Source: Candidatus Krumholzibacteriales bacterium
Lineage (GTDB): Bacteria; Krumholzibacteriota; Krumholzibacteriia; Krumholzibacteriales; WJIX01
Length of the DNA stretch: 64,000 nt
Assembly: GCA_046483305.1 (NCBI GenBank)
Contig: JAWODM010000034.1
Span: 27,997-91,996, forward strand
Reading direction: 5' to 3'
This document shows positions 27,141-37,112 of this stretch, piece by piece; within the stretch, counting starts at the first letter, position 1, and each line of letters begins with the position of its first letter. The translations under genes were made by a program, and so were the position numbers. Below the pieces are notes generated by a model. That model did not search any database and was not told the DNA's origin. It was given only the letters and a program-made list of their open reading frames with translations.

Positions 27141-28412
27141 ATGCTTGACAGGAAATTGATCAGAAAGGATCCCGGCAGAGTGCGGGAGGGTATCAGGAAC
27201 AAGGGAAGCGACTTCGACCTGGACCATTTTCTGGAAGTGGACCGGCGAAGGCGGGAGCTGCTTCAGGAAGTGGAATCACTTAAGCATGAAAAGAATGTAG
27301 CCTCCAGGGAGATTTCCCGCCTGATGCGGGAGAAGAAGGACGCTTCGGAGCTGATAGAGAGCATGAAGGCGACCTCTTCCACCATCAAAGAGCATGAAGA
27401 TGAGTTGAAAGATATAACGGCGGAATTACAGGAACTTGAGCTTGATATTCCGAATATACCTCATGAGAGCGCGCCGGCCGGAACCTGCGAGGAAGATAAC
27501 CCGGTTATCAGGGAATGGGGCGACCCGTTCAGAAATGACCTTCCCATACTGCCTCACTGGGAAATTGGTGAAAAACTGGGGGTGCTGGACCTGGAAGCCG
27601 GCGCCTCAGTGAGCGGAAGCGGCTTCGTGGTCCTGCGGGATGACGGGGCGCTTCTGTCCAGGGCGCTGGTGAACTATATGCTGGATACTCACCGCGGCAG
27701 GGGTTACCGGGAGGTCTCGGTTCCATATCTGGTAAGCAGGGATTCGATGATCGGAACCGGCCAGCTTCCCAAGATGGCGGACGATATGTACCACTGCAGC
27801 CGGGATGACCTGTTCTGCATACCGACAGCGGAGGTGCCGGTAACAAACCTCCTGAGAGAAACCACCGTTCCGGAAGGCCGGCTCCCCGTGAAAATGGTTG
27901 CGTACAGCCCCTGTTTCCGCAGAGAGGCGGGGAGCTACGGCAAGGATACCAGGGGGCTTATCAGAGTTCACCAGTTCGACAAGGTGGAGATGGTGAGGGT
28001 GGTCAATCCTGATGATTCCTACCGCCATCTGGAACTTCTGCTTGAGGATGCGCTTTTTATTCTTGAAAACCTGGATATTCCCTACCGGGTTATAGAACTC
28101 TGCACCGGAGACCTGAGCTTCTCGGCCGCCAAGTGTTACGATATAGAAACCTATGCTCCCGCTACCGGGCAGTGGCTGGAAGTCTCATCCTGCAGCAACT
28201 TCGAGGATTTCCAGGCCAGAAGAGCGAGAATCAAATTCCGGGAGGAGAAGGACGGCGGCTCGGAGTTTGTGCATACCCTTAACGGTTCGGGGCTGGCTCT
28301 TCCTCGAATCATTGCAACCATCCTTGAACTCTATCAGACTCCCACGGGAAAGGTCCGGGTTCCCGATCCTCTTACCCGCTATATGGGCGGCCGGGAATTC
28401 CTGGGGGGGTAA
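27141..28412 (+). CDS. serS: seryl-tRNA synthetase
   Basis: N-terminal coiled-coil arm and class II motifs (FRREAGSYGKDTRGLIRVHQF); 423 aa. Confidence 0.9.
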   Translation: MLDRKLIRKDPGRVREGIRNKGSDFDLDHFLEVDRRRRELLQEVESLKHEKNVASREISRLMREKKDASELIESMKATSSTIKEHEDELKDITAELQELELDIPNIPHESAPAGTCEEDNPVIREWGDPFRNDLPILPHWEIGEKLGVLDLEAGASVSGSGFVVLRDDGALLSRALVNYMLDTHRGRGYREVSVPYLVSRDSMIGTGQLPKMADDMYHCSRDDLFCIPTAEVPVTNLLRETTVPEGRLPVKMVAYSPCFRREAGSYGKDTRGLIRVHQFDKVEMVRVVNPDDSYRHLELLLEDALFILENLDIPYRVIELCTGDLSFSAAKCYDIETYAPATGQWLEVSSCSNFEDFQARRARIKFREEKDGGSEFVHTLNGSGLALPRIIATILELYQTPTGKVRVPDPLTRYMGGREFLGG

Positions 28413-28413
28413 T

Positions 28414-29661
28414 ATGAAGATCAGGCTATCAAGAAATCTTCCCTTTCTCATCAGGGTATATTTCATTGTGGGAGGCATAATACTGGTGATATCGATGCTC
28501 TATTACAATAATACCCTGATAACCAGGATGCGCGAACAGGCCGAGAGCACCACAAAGCTGTTTTCCCGCTTTACCGCTCTGGCTCTGAGCAGGGTGGAGA
28601 ACGCAGGCAGCAGGCAGTTTGTGAGGGAGATTCGTGAATCGATGATTCTGCCGCTGGTGATAACAGACGCTAGGGGCAGGCCGATGATATGGAATGAAAT
28701 AGGCATAGAACAGGTGGGCGATTCGGAGTATTCAAGGCTTCTGGATTTCGATCCGGCTGATCCGGACGATCCGCTGCTGGAAAAGGTTATGGAAAAGGTC
28801 AGGAGCTTCGACAGAATAAATGAACCGATCCCGGTCAATACCAACGGCCAGCAGCTCAATATCCACTACGGCCTTTCCGGACTGGCCAGGGAACTTAGAA
28901 TAGCCCCATACGTTCAATTAGGTGTGTTCGTTATATTCGCTCTGTTTGGTTTCATGGGGTTTATTTATCTGAAACGCAGCGAACAGAGGTCCATATGGGT
29001 CGGCATGTCGAAGGAAACCGCCCACCAGCTGGGAACGCCGATATCTTCACTGATGGGCTGGCTGGAGATCATCAAGGGAGAACTCAGAAAGCCTGATATG
29101 TACAGGGAAAAGATAGAATCAGCCGCCATGGAAGCGGAGCTGGACGTTCAGAGGCTCAGCAGAATCTCTTCAAGGTTCAGCAAGATAGGTTCGGCGCCCA
29201 GGCTGGAATACCAGGATATAGGCGATATCATATCAGACACGGTCGATTATTTCAAGAGAAGGCGCCCGGCGCTCAGCATTAATTCGATTATTAACCTGGA
29301 ACTTGAAGAGATGCCGGAGGTGCGCTGCAGCGCTGACCTGATCGGCTGGGTGTTCGAGAACCTTATAAAGAATTCGCTGGATGCCATCAGCGAAGGAGAG
29401 GGGCGTATCGAGATAACCGGCAGGGTGAACAGGAAAAACAACAGAATAGAGATAACGGTAAGCGATACAGGCAAAGGGATACCGCCGGCGCTCAGAAAAA
29501 GGGTGTTCGCCCCCGGAGTTACCACCAAGAGGCGGGGGTGGGGCCTCGGCCTGGCGCTGGTCAAGAGGATAGTGGAAGAGATTCATAACGGCTCGATCAC
29601 GCTTGCGGATTCCGAACTGGGCAAGGGAACTACCTTTATTCTTAAATTCCCCGTTGATTAG
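28414..29661 (+). CDS. sensor histidine kinase (PorY-like), two TM helices
   Basis: H-box AHQLGTPISSL, N/G boxes (NLIKNSLDA, DTGKGIP, GWGLGLAL). The track ORF begins at 28153 inside serS; the in-frame ATG at 28414 directly after the serS stop is the likely start. Confidence 0.75.
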   Translation: MKIRLSRNLPFLIRVYFIVGGIILVISMLYYNNTLITRMREQAESTTKLFSRFTALALSRVENAGSRQFVREIRESMILPLVITDARGRPMIWNEIGIEQVGDSEYSRLLDFDPADPDDPLLEKVMEKVRSFDRINEPIPVNTNGQQLNIHYGLSGLARELRIAPYVQLGVFVIFALFGFMGFIYLKRSEQRSIWVGMSKETAHQLGTPISSLMGWLEIIKGELRKPDMYREKIESAAMEAELDVQRLSRISSRFSKIGSAPRLEYQDIGDIISDTVDYFKRRRPALSINSIINLELEEMPEVRCSADLIGWVFENLIKNSLDAISEGEGRIEITGRVNRKNNRIEITVSDTGKGIPPALRKRVFAPGVTTKRRGWGLGLALVKRIVEEIHNGSITLADSELGKGTTFILKFPVD

Positions 29662-29669
29662 AAGGAGAA

Positions 29670-31235
29670 ATGGTTTTGAATATGAATAATATGATTTTAT
29701 GGGTTGACGACGAGATCGAGCTTCTCCGGTCCCATATTATTTTTCTGGAAGAGAAGGGTTACAGCGTCAAGGGTGTATCCAGCGGTGAGGAGGGAGTGGC
29801 AGAAATAAGGAAGAGTAACTACGATCTGGTATTCCTGGATGAAAATATGCCCGGTAAAGACGGCATCAGCACTCTCCAGGAGATTAAGGCCATTAATATG
29901 AATCTTCCGGTGATCATGGTGACCAAAAACGAAGAAGAGGGGATCATGGACCAGGCGATAGGCCTGAAGATAGATGACTATCTGATCAAACCGATCAATC
30001 CTCTCCAGTCTTATCTGGCGGCGAAGAAGATTCTGCAGTCTTCCAGGATTCAGAAGGATACCCTGAGCAGAGAATATCTGGAGGAGTTCCGGAGGCTGGA
30101 CAGCCTTCTTGATTCTGATCTCAGCGCCGATGAATGGAAGGGGATTCACCAGAGTTTATCCAGGTGGGACCTTGAGCTGAGTGATCTCACCAAAACGGGG
30201 CTGGAGCAGATTCACAGCGATCTGAAGGAGAGGAGCAATCAGAAGTTTTCGGAGTTTGTGGTAGAAAACTATAAGGATTGGGTCAATTCTGAAGACCGCC
30301 CCCTTATGACCAAGGACGTTTTTGACAGGTATACCCTGCCTGCTGTTTCGAAGGGAAAACAGGTATACCTGATGGTAATCGACTGCATGAGATATGACCA
30401 GTGGCTGATGATAGAAGATCTTCTGGCTGACCAATATATAATTCACAGGGATTTAATCTATTCTATTCTTCCGTCGGCGACGCCCTATTCGAGAAACGCT
30501 ATATTCTCGGGTCTTTACCCCATAGGCATAAGACAGCAGTACCCGCAGTTCTGGCTGGAGAGAGCGGACGACGACGGCTCGGGCAAGAACCGTTTCGAGA
30601 TGGAGTTAATGGAAGAACAGCTCAAGGCCAAAGGTTTCGGTAAGGTCAAATCAAAATATATAAAGATATTCAGCAATGAGGATACCGCGAAGATAAGCGA
30701 CGAGATAGGTTCGTATAAGTCGCTGGATCTGATAGCGATAGTGGTAAACTTTCTGGATATGCTCTCCCATGGCCGGAGCCATATAAGGCTCCTTCAGGAG
30801 ATTGCTCCGGATGAGGGGGCTTTCAGGTCTCTGATGAGGTCCTGGTTCATACATTCCGCGCTGTTCGATATTCTGCAGAAAATCAGGAGCGAAGGAGCAA
30901 CAGTCATCATCACCACTGATCACGGGTCGGTTTTATGCAGGAGAGCTACCATGGTCAAAGCTAACCGGGAGACATCCACAAACCTGAGATATAAATTCGG
31001 AGAGAATATAAGCTGCGATGAAAAGTACACCTATCATGTTGAGGATCCGAGAAGTATCAAGCTGCCGGCCGAAAGCCCCGCGAAGAACTATATATTCGCC
31101 AAATCTGATTACTATTTTGTTTATCCCACTAATTATCACAAGTATGAACGGCAGTACAGGAACACTTTCCAGCATGGGGGGATATCCCTGGAGGAGCTTA
31201 TAGTTCCCTGTATCAGGCTGGAGCCTAAGTTCTGA
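29670..31235 (+). CDS. response regulator with receiver domain fused to a PglZ/alkaline-phosphatase-like domain (PorX-like)
   Basis: Receiver motifs (ILWVDDE, DLVFLDENMPG, PVIMVTK) then about 380 aa of metal-binding PglZ-like domain; 521 aa, matching the PorX architecture. The start may be ATG 29682. Confidence 0.7.
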   Translation: MVLNMNNMILWVDDEIELLRSHIIFLEEKGYSVKGVSSGEEGVAEIRKSNYDLVFLDENMPGKDGISTLQEIKAINMNLPVIMVTKNEEEGIMDQAIGLKIDDYLIKPINPLQSYLAAKKILQSSRIQKDTLSREYLEEFRRLDSLLDSDLSADEWKGIHQSLSRWDLELSDLTKTGLEQIHSDLKERSNQKFSEFVVENYKDWVNSEDRPLMTKDVFDRYTLPAVSKGKQVYLMVIDCMRYDQWLMIEDLLADQYIIHRDLIYSILPSATPYSRNAIFSGLYPIGIRQQYPQFWLERADDDGSGKNRFEMELMEEQLKAKGFGKVKSKYIKIFSNEDTAKISDEIGSYKSLDLIAIVVNFLDMLSHGRSHIRLLQEIAPDEGAFRSLMRSWFIHSALFDILQKIRSEGATVIITTDHGSVLCRRATMVKANRETSTNLRYKFGENISCDEKYTYHVEDPRSIKLPAESPAKNYIFAKSDYYFVYPTNYHKYERQYRNTFQHGGISLEELIVPCIRLEPKF

Positions 31236-31280
31236 TTGCTGATATTATTCCGCTTGTTGTGAATGAACTGCAGGTGATTA

Positions 31281-31778
31281 TTGAAAACGGAAAGATTGAA
31301 TGAGTTAAGCGGAGAAATCAGGGAATGGGTCGCGGCAAGCCGCTCGCCGGCCCGGACCGTTTCCATGGGAGAGGTTTTCGGCCGCCTCCTGCCGGAAGGC
31401 GCCACGGTATCTTTCGAGGGAGGGCTCGGTTCGGGGAAGACCTGTTTCATAAAAGGGGTATGTTCGGGACTGGGAATCCGCGGCGAGGTCCTCAGCCCCA
31501 GCTTTATTCTGGTAGAGGAGTACAGGGGGGATTTCAACGTTCTGCACTTTGATCTCTACCGGTTGGAAGAACTGGGAGATGTCTATCAGACCGGCCTGTT
31601 CGACGCAGCCGACGGAATGAATATCATACTGGTGGAGTGGGGGGACAGGCTCCCGGAGAACTGTTTTGATTTCGACATAACCGTACGGATTGATATGGAG
31701 GGTGAAAAAATCAGGACTTTCAGATTCATAGGCCCGGCCAATTTTATTGACCGCTTGATGGAGGCGGCTGATGGATAA
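31281..31778 (+). CDS. tsaE: tRNA threonylcarbamoyladenosine biosynthesis ATPase TsaE
   Basis: P-loop GGLGSGKT; about 160 aa; precedes tsaB. Confidence 0.8.
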   Translation: MKTERLNELSGEIREWVAASRSPARTVSMGEVFGRLLPEGATVSFEGGLGSGKTCFIKGVCSGLGIRGEVLSPSFILVEEYRGDFNVLHFDLYRLEELGDVYQTGLFDAADGMNIILVEWGDRLPENCFDFDITVRIDMEGEKIRTFRFIGPANFIDRLMEAADG

Positions 31779-32484
31779 GAATGGTCTGATACTTTCTCTG
31801 GATACTTCTCACCTCAGGGGCAGTTCGGCTGTCTCCACTGGCAGGGAGCTTCTGTCCGCGGTTTTCTTCAACGCCAGCGATACTCACTCGGCAACCCTGT
31901 TGCCGGCGGTAGATTCATCATTAAGGATGGCCGGGACGGCCCTGGAAGAGATAGAGAAATTCGCGGTGGTTATTGGACCGGGCAGCTTCACCGGCCTTCG
32001 AATAGGCCTTTCCACTATCAAGGCTTTCGCTTCGGTAAGGAAGAAACCGGTGTACACCGTAACCAGCCTGGAGCTTCTGGCGTCAGCTTTTCCCTATTCC
32101 GCTCTTCCTGTAGCTTCCGTTATAGATGCCAGGAGAAACCAGGTTTATTTCGGTCTTTACAACACCAGCTCCGGTATCCCCGAGCAGCTTATCGAACCGG
32201 TGGCGGTGGGGCCAGCCGGGGTCCCCGGCCTTATTTCCTCGGAGGCGGTGCCCGGCAAGACTCTTCTTTGCGGTACCGGAGCTCTCCGATACCTGGATAT
32301 ATTAAAATCAGAGAATCTTATATTTTCAGGAGAGGGCAGAGTTTTCCCTTCCGCATCCTTTATTCCCGGCCTGTTGGAGGGCAGAGAGCCGGTCAGCTTC
32401 GAGCGGCTGCCCGGGCTCGAACCCCTTTATATAAGGCCCCCGGATGCCAGGCCTTCAGTTAAACTGATGAATAAGCGGGGGTAG
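31771..32484 (+). CDS. tsaB: tRNA threonylcarbamoyladenosine biosynthesis protein TsaB
   Basis: YeaZ-like inactive Kae1 homologue (GPGSFTGLRIG). Confidence 0.8.
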   Translation: MDKNGLILSLDTSHLRGSSAVSTGRELLSAVFFNASDTHSATLLPAVDSSLRMAGTALEEIEKFAVVIGPGSFTGLRIGLSTIKAFASVRKKPVYTVTSLELLASAFPYSALPVASVIDARRNQVYFGLYNTSSGIPEQLIEPVAVGPAGVPGLISSEAVPGKTLLCGTGALRYLDILKSENLIFSGEGRVFPSASFIPGLLEGREPVSFERLPGLEPLYIRPPDARPSVKLMNKRG

Positions 32485-32486
32485 CT

Positions 32487-32936
32487 TTGATGCGGATCAA
32501 GGTGAGAGAAGCGACCGAAGGGGATATCAGCGATATTCTGAGAATAGAATCGGAGAGTTTCGAAATTCCCTGGCCTGAGGCGATGTTCAGGAATCAGCTG
32601 GAGCTCAGGCCCGTAACCCTGTTGTTGATCGCGGAAACCGCATCATCGGTGATCGGATATTCAGTGGTCTGGTTCGAGGGGCCTGATTCCCATATTCTCA
32701 ATATAGCTGTTGACCCTGAGTTAAGAAGGCGGGGAGTGGCCGGCAGAATGGTGGATGAGATTATCAGGATATCCCGGGAGAGGGGTTGCGGAAGGCTGTA
32801 CCTGGAGGTAAGAGAAAATAATATACCCGCCAGGGATTTCTACCTGGAAAGGGGATTTCGGATGACGGGAACCATAGAGGGGTATTACCGGGACAGCGGA
32901 GAGGACGCTCTTTTTCTTGAGCTTTCTTTGAGGTGA
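32487..32936 (+). CDS. rimI: ribosomal-protein-alanine N-acetyltransferase (GNAT family)
   Basis: GNAT acetyl-CoA motif (RRRGVAGRMV); tsaE-tsaB-rimI synteny. Confidence 0.75.
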   Translation: MMRIKVREATEGDISDILRIESESFEIPWPEAMFRNQLELRPVTLLLIAETASSVIGYSVVWFEGPDSHILNIAVDPELRRRGVAGRMVDEIIRISRERGCGRLYLEVRENNIPARDFYLERGFRMTGTIEGYYRDSGEDALFLELSLR

Positions 32937-33736
32937 GGTTCAGGATGGTATTAAAATCAGGGGATATAAAAGCGGATATTGCGGTTATTTTCGGCTCCGG
33001 GCTATCCGTGTCCTCAGGAATCGGCTCTTTCCGCACCATTGCGGATTATGACGATGTAAAGCAGCTCCCTGTTCCCTCGGTTCCGGGGCATCCCGGGAGG
33101 ATTGATTACTTCAGGAGCGGGAATGGGACTGGAATGCTTCTGTTCATGGGAAGGTCTCATCTTTACGAGGGGATAAACTTCCGCCGGGCCGGGGCAACAG
33201 TCAGAACCGCGGCGGCGATGGGGTGCAGGAAGGTTCTGATAACCAATGCGGCAGGGTGCCTGGTCCCCGGTATTCCCATGGGGAGCTGGCTTGCCCCCGG
33301 CAGCGTGGCCGCTCTGCCAATCCGCCGCCGGGCCGCCGGTGGCCAGGAGAACTTCCGTTACCGTTTCGGCAGAAAAGGAGGCGTCTGCCGCCGTTTCCGG
33401 GGCCTGGTGATAGATTCAGCCCTGAAGGCCGGGCTGAGAGTATTCACCGGGAACCTGTTCTGGAATTCGGGGCCGTGTTACGAAACCCCGGCCGAAGCGC
33501 GGGCCTGCAGAATTATGGGAGCGGATGCGGTTACCATGTCGGTGATGCCGGAATTGACGGCTGCGGGCGAACTCGGCCTGGACGCGGCGGTTCTGAGCTG
33601 TATGACCAATTACACCCCCAATATTTCCGGGCCCGGGCAATCTCACACGGGAGTGGTGGATAAGTGCAATACGGAAAGGGCGGGATTGCTGGAATTGTTA
33701 AGATATCTCAGTGAGGAGGGAAGCCGGGATGGCTGA
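32933..33736 (+). CDS. purine nucleoside / methylthioadenosine phosphorylase family protein
   Basis: VIFGSGLS N-terminal motif and TMSVMPE segment of PNP/MTAP family 2. Confidence 0.6.
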   Translation: MRFRMVLKSGDIKADIAVIFGSGLSVSSGIGSFRTIADYDDVKQLPVPSVPGHPGRIDYFRSGNGTGMLLFMGRSHLYEGINFRRAGATVRTAAAMGCRKVLITNAAGCLVPGIPMGSWLAPGSVAALPIRRRAAGGQENFRYRFGRKGGVCRRFRGLVIDSALKAGLRVFTGNLFWNSGPCYETPAEARACRIMGADAVTMSVMPELTAAGELGLDAAVLSCMTNYTPNISGPGQSHTGVVDKCNTERAGLLELLRYLSEEGSRDG

Positions 33737-33908
33737 AAGCGGAGGCAAAAAAGGAATAAAAGGTTTGTGAGAACCGGCGCTTCGGTGTTAAATTAATATA
33801 AATGGACGGATTCCGTATAATGTCCGGCCGCGGATGAGCTTACCTGTAATTATTCTTTGACAGGCCGGCTGGATCTTTTATACTCGGGGTGTAAACCAGA
33901 GGGGTATT

Positions 33909-34814
33909 ATGAACTGGTTAAAAAGGGCCAGAAAAGGGATAAGAACCTGGCGAAGAAAGAATATTCCGGAAGGCCTCTGGAGGAAATGCCCTTCCTGCGG
34001 CGAGATCCTTTACAGGGAAAATCTGGAGAAGAATCTTTCCGTCTGCGCAAACTGCGGCAATCATTTCCGCATATCCCCGGATGCATACCTGAGAATCCTG
34101 TTTGACGAAGGCAGTTTCACCGAGTCCGATCCCGATCTCAGTCCCACCGACCCGCTGAAATTCAAGGACAGGAAGAAATACCCGAATAGAATCAAGGATG
34201 CCCAGAAGAAATCAAAGAGAAAATCAGCGGTGGTAACGGGGACGGCGGAGATTAACGGAATCAGGGTTGCTCTAGCCGTAATGGACTTCTCATTTCTGGG
34301 CGGAAGCATGGGATCAGTAGTGGGAGAGAAGATAGCCAGAACTGTCAGGACAGCGATCAGGGAACGGGTACCTTTCCTGATGGTTTCCGCCTCGGGGGGA
34401 GCCAGGATGCAGGAATCCATACTTTCTCTGATGCAGATGGCCAAGACTTCCGCGGCGGTCGCCCTGCTGGACAGAGCGAATCTTCCATTCATTTCGATTC
34501 TAACCAATCCGACCACCGGAGGAGTAGCCGCCTCTTTCGCTTTCCAGGGTGATGTGATCATAGCCGAACCTAAGGCTCTTGTCGGTTTTGCCGGCCCGCG
34601 TGTAATCAGGGAGACTGTAGGGGAGGAGCTCCCCGAAGGTTTTCAGCGTTCCGAATTCCTTCTCGAACGCGGTATGATAGATATGATTGTCTCCCGGGAA
34701 GATCTGAAGCGGACGGTGGGTTTCATTATCGAGAGTTTTGTTAAGGGAAATCCTTGCAGAGAGAAGGAAGAGAACGTGGATGATAGTAGCAAATCACTCT
34801 CGCTCATCTGGTAG
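33909..34814 (+). CDS. accD: acetyl-CoA carboxylase carboxyltransferase beta subunit
   Basis: N-terminal zinc ribbon (CPSCGEILY...CANCGNHFR) and crotonase-fold carboxyltransferase domain. Confidence 0.9.
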   Translation: MNWLKRARKGIRTWRRKNIPEGLWRKCPSCGEILYRENLEKNLSVCANCGNHFRISPDAYLRILFDEGSFTESDPDLSPTDPLKFKDRKKYPNRIKDAQKKSKRKSAVVTGTAEINGIRVALAVMDFSFLGGSMGSVVGEKIARTVRTAIRERVPFLMVSASGGARMQESILSLMQMAKTSAAVALLDRANLPFISILTNPTTGGVAASFAFQGDVIIAEPKALVGFAGPRVIRETVGEELPEGFQRSEFLLERGMIDMIVSREDLKRTVGFIIESFVKGNPCREKEENVDDSSKSLSLIW

Positions 34815-34866
34815 GGGCAGGCCCTTTTCAAATATAGAATTCCTCTATTCACTCAGACCGACAAAT

Positions 34867-36102
34867 ATGAAGCTCGGGCTGGAAAACATTACCGCGGTAC
34901 TCGATTATCTGGGTAATCCTCAGAAAAGATTCCCTTCCGTCCTGGTTGCCGGGACAAATGGCAAGGGCTCGGTTTCCGCGTATTTAACTTCAATTCTCAG
35001 GGTGGCAGGGTTGAAGACAGGAACTTTCTATTCGCCTCACCTGTTCAGGATAAACGAAAGGATCCAGGTAAATGGCAGGGAGATACCTTCATGGGTATTG
35101 GATGCTTATCTGGGCGAGCTGAGGGGTATTCACTCAGACTGCCCGTTTACTTTCTTTGAGGGGGTGACGGCGGCGGCTATCCTTCATTTTGTGGAAAGCG
35201 AAGTGGACGCCGCCGTCTTTGAGGTCGGGCTGGGAGGAAGGCTGGACGCAACCCGGCTGGTAAGTTCCATTCTTTCGGTGATTACCGGTATATCGATAGA
35301 TCATACCAGGCACCTGGGAAGCACCAGAGAGGAAATCCTGCATGAGAAGCTGGGTGTGGTGAAGAAGGGGATACCGGCGGTGGTGAACCTGGAAAGCCGG
35401 CCGCTTATCTCCATCGCCCGGGAATTCTGCGGCAGGGCAGGTTCTCCGATATACAATGCTGATGCGGAGGCAGAAACTGAGCTGAAGAGCATGAGGGCGG
35501 AAAAGATGCTTTTCAGTTTGAAGACAGAAAGTTATGATTACGGCGATCTCGAATCCCGGATTATCGGGGAGCACCAGCTCAGGAATATTACAACCGCGGT
35601 CAGGTCAGCCGAGGTTCTTTCCGGTATAATGGGCGTTGATTTACGCCGTTATATAAGTGATGGGGTCGGGAAAGCTTTCTTGCCGGGCAGATTTCAGGTT
35701 CTGAGCGGGAGGCCGAGGATTATCATGGACGTATCCCATAATGAGCAGTCGCTGCTCGGTTCCATATCCACCCTCAGGGCGGTATCAGAGCCGGAACATA
35801 ACATAATAGTGTTCGGCTGTATGGAAAGAAAGGATCTGGGGTCTTTCCCGGCGAAGGCTGAGGGCTCTTCCAGGATTCTTCTGCTAGCCCCTCTGAAAGG
35901 TTCCGGGGCGGCGGCCGGGGAAGATCTGGCGGCCCGTTTTGATCTAAAAGGAAAAGCGGCCGGAGCCGCGGGGACCGCGCCGCTGCTCTGTGCCGGTATG
36001 AGAGAAGCCCTGGAACTCGCACTTGATTCCGCCGAAAGGGACGACACCCTGCTGGTGCTCGGTTCGCACCACGCCGTCGAAGAGGCGTTATCATTCTTAT
36101 GA
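34867..36102 (+). CDS. folC: folylpolyglutamate synthase / dihydrofolate synthase
   Basis: P-loop VAGTNGKGS and Mur-ligase-family central domain. Internal ATG at 34867 chosen because the track ORF overlaps accD. Confidence 0.75.
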   Translation: MKLGLENITAVLDYLGNPQKRFPSVLVAGTNGKGSVSAYLTSILRVAGLKTGTFYSPHLFRINERIQVNGREIPSWVLDAYLGELRGIHSDCPFTFFEGVTAAAILHFVESEVDAAVFEVGLGGRLDATRLVSSILSVITGISIDHTRHLGSTREEILHEKLGVVKKGIPAVVNLESRPLISIAREFCGRAGSPIYNADAEAETELKSMRAEKMLFSLKTESYDYGDLESRIIGEHQLRNITTAVRSAEVLSGIMGVDLRRYISDGVGKAFLPGRFQVLSGRPRIIMDVSHNEQSLLGSISTLRAVSEPEHNIIVFGCMERKDLGSFPAKAEGSSRILLLAPLKGSGAAAGEDLAARFDLKGKAAGAAGTAPLLCAGMREALELALDSAERDDTLLVLGSHHAVEEALSFL

Positions 36103-37049
36103 GGGAAAGGAAGAATATGAACACTATGTACGGCGTAGATATAGGAGGGACCAACGTTAAACTTGCGGTGGTCAATGAAGCCGGGGATATTCTGCACAGA
36201 GGGATGATACCCACCGAACCTTCTTCAGGCCCCCGGAAAACCGCCTCCCGGGTTGCCGAATGGTTCGAGGAGCAGGGCCCGCTGCCCGGAGATGTAACCG
36301 GAGCCGGGGTGGGCTGCGCCGGGTTGATTAACCATCAGGAAGGTTTGCTTTATTCTTCGCCGAATCTTCCCGGGTGGGAAGGGGCCCGGCTGATGGAAAT
36401 ATTCAGGGAGGAGCTCTCCCTGCCGGTGACAATTGATAACGACGCTAACTGCGCTGCATACGGGGAGTATTTCTTTGGAGCAGGAAAGGGATACGATAAT
36501 TTTGTCTGCATAACCCTGGGAACCGGTGTAGGCGGGGGAATAATAATCGACGGCAATCTTTACCGGGGGGAATTCGGGCAGGCCGGGGAGCTGGGCCACA
36601 CAAAGGTAGTTGCCGGAGGAGAGCTCTGCTCCTGCGGTAGCCGGGGCTGCCTGGAAGCATATATCAAGGCGGAGGCTATCGTGGAACGGGCCCTGGGGAT
36701 GATAGAGAACGGCGACGCTTCAGTCCTTTCGGAAAAGGAAAGGGTAACGGTCAAGGATATTTCCGAAGCTGCCGGCAGCGGCGATGAAGTCGCGGCAGAG
36801 GCCCTGAGAATTACCGGATGGTACCTGGGGATAGGATTATCCAATGTGGCACACCTTATAAACCCGGGCGCTATAGCGGTCGGCGGCGGGGTGGCCATGG
36901 CGGGCCGGCATATTATGGGCCCGGCAACTGATTCTCTGAGCGAACACGTGATGAATGAAATATTTATGAATGTCAGCATTGTTCCCGCGGAGCTGGGCAA
37001 TAGCGCTTCGAGTATCGGGGCGGCTATGCTGGCCTCTGAGAAGAGCTGA
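36099..37049 (+). CDS. ROK family sugar kinase (glucokinase-like)
   Basis: GVDIGGTN ATP-binding motif and Zn-binding CxCGxxGC(LE) motif (CSCGSRGCLE). Its start overlaps the folC stop (ATGA). Confidence 0.8.
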   Translation: MRERKNMNTMYGVDIGGTNVKLAVVNEAGDILHRGMIPTEPSSGPRKTASRVAEWFEEQGPLPGDVTGAGVGCAGLINHQEGLLYSSPNLPGWEGARLMEIFREELSLPVTIDNDANCAAYGEYFFGAGKGYDNFVCITLGTGVGGGIIIDGNLYRGEFGQAGELGHTKVVAGGELCSCGSRGCLEAYIKAEAIVERALGMIENGDASVLSEKERVTVKDISEAAGSGDEVAAEALRITGWYLGIGLSNVAHLINPGAIAVGGGVAMAGRHIMGPATDSLSEHVMNEIFMNVSIVPAELGNSASSIGAAMLASEKS

Positions 37050-37112
37050 CACGGCAGGAGTTGTTGCGGCAGCGCCCGCCGAGCGGATGATAGATGAAGA
37101 TGCCTTAATAAA

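Noticed and set aside
28153-28413. 5' extension of the histidine kinase ORF overlapping the serS 3' end
   Set aside because: The extension is out of frame with serS and has no membrane or sensor features. The ATG at 28414 just after the serS stop gives a kinase that starts with its first TM helix.
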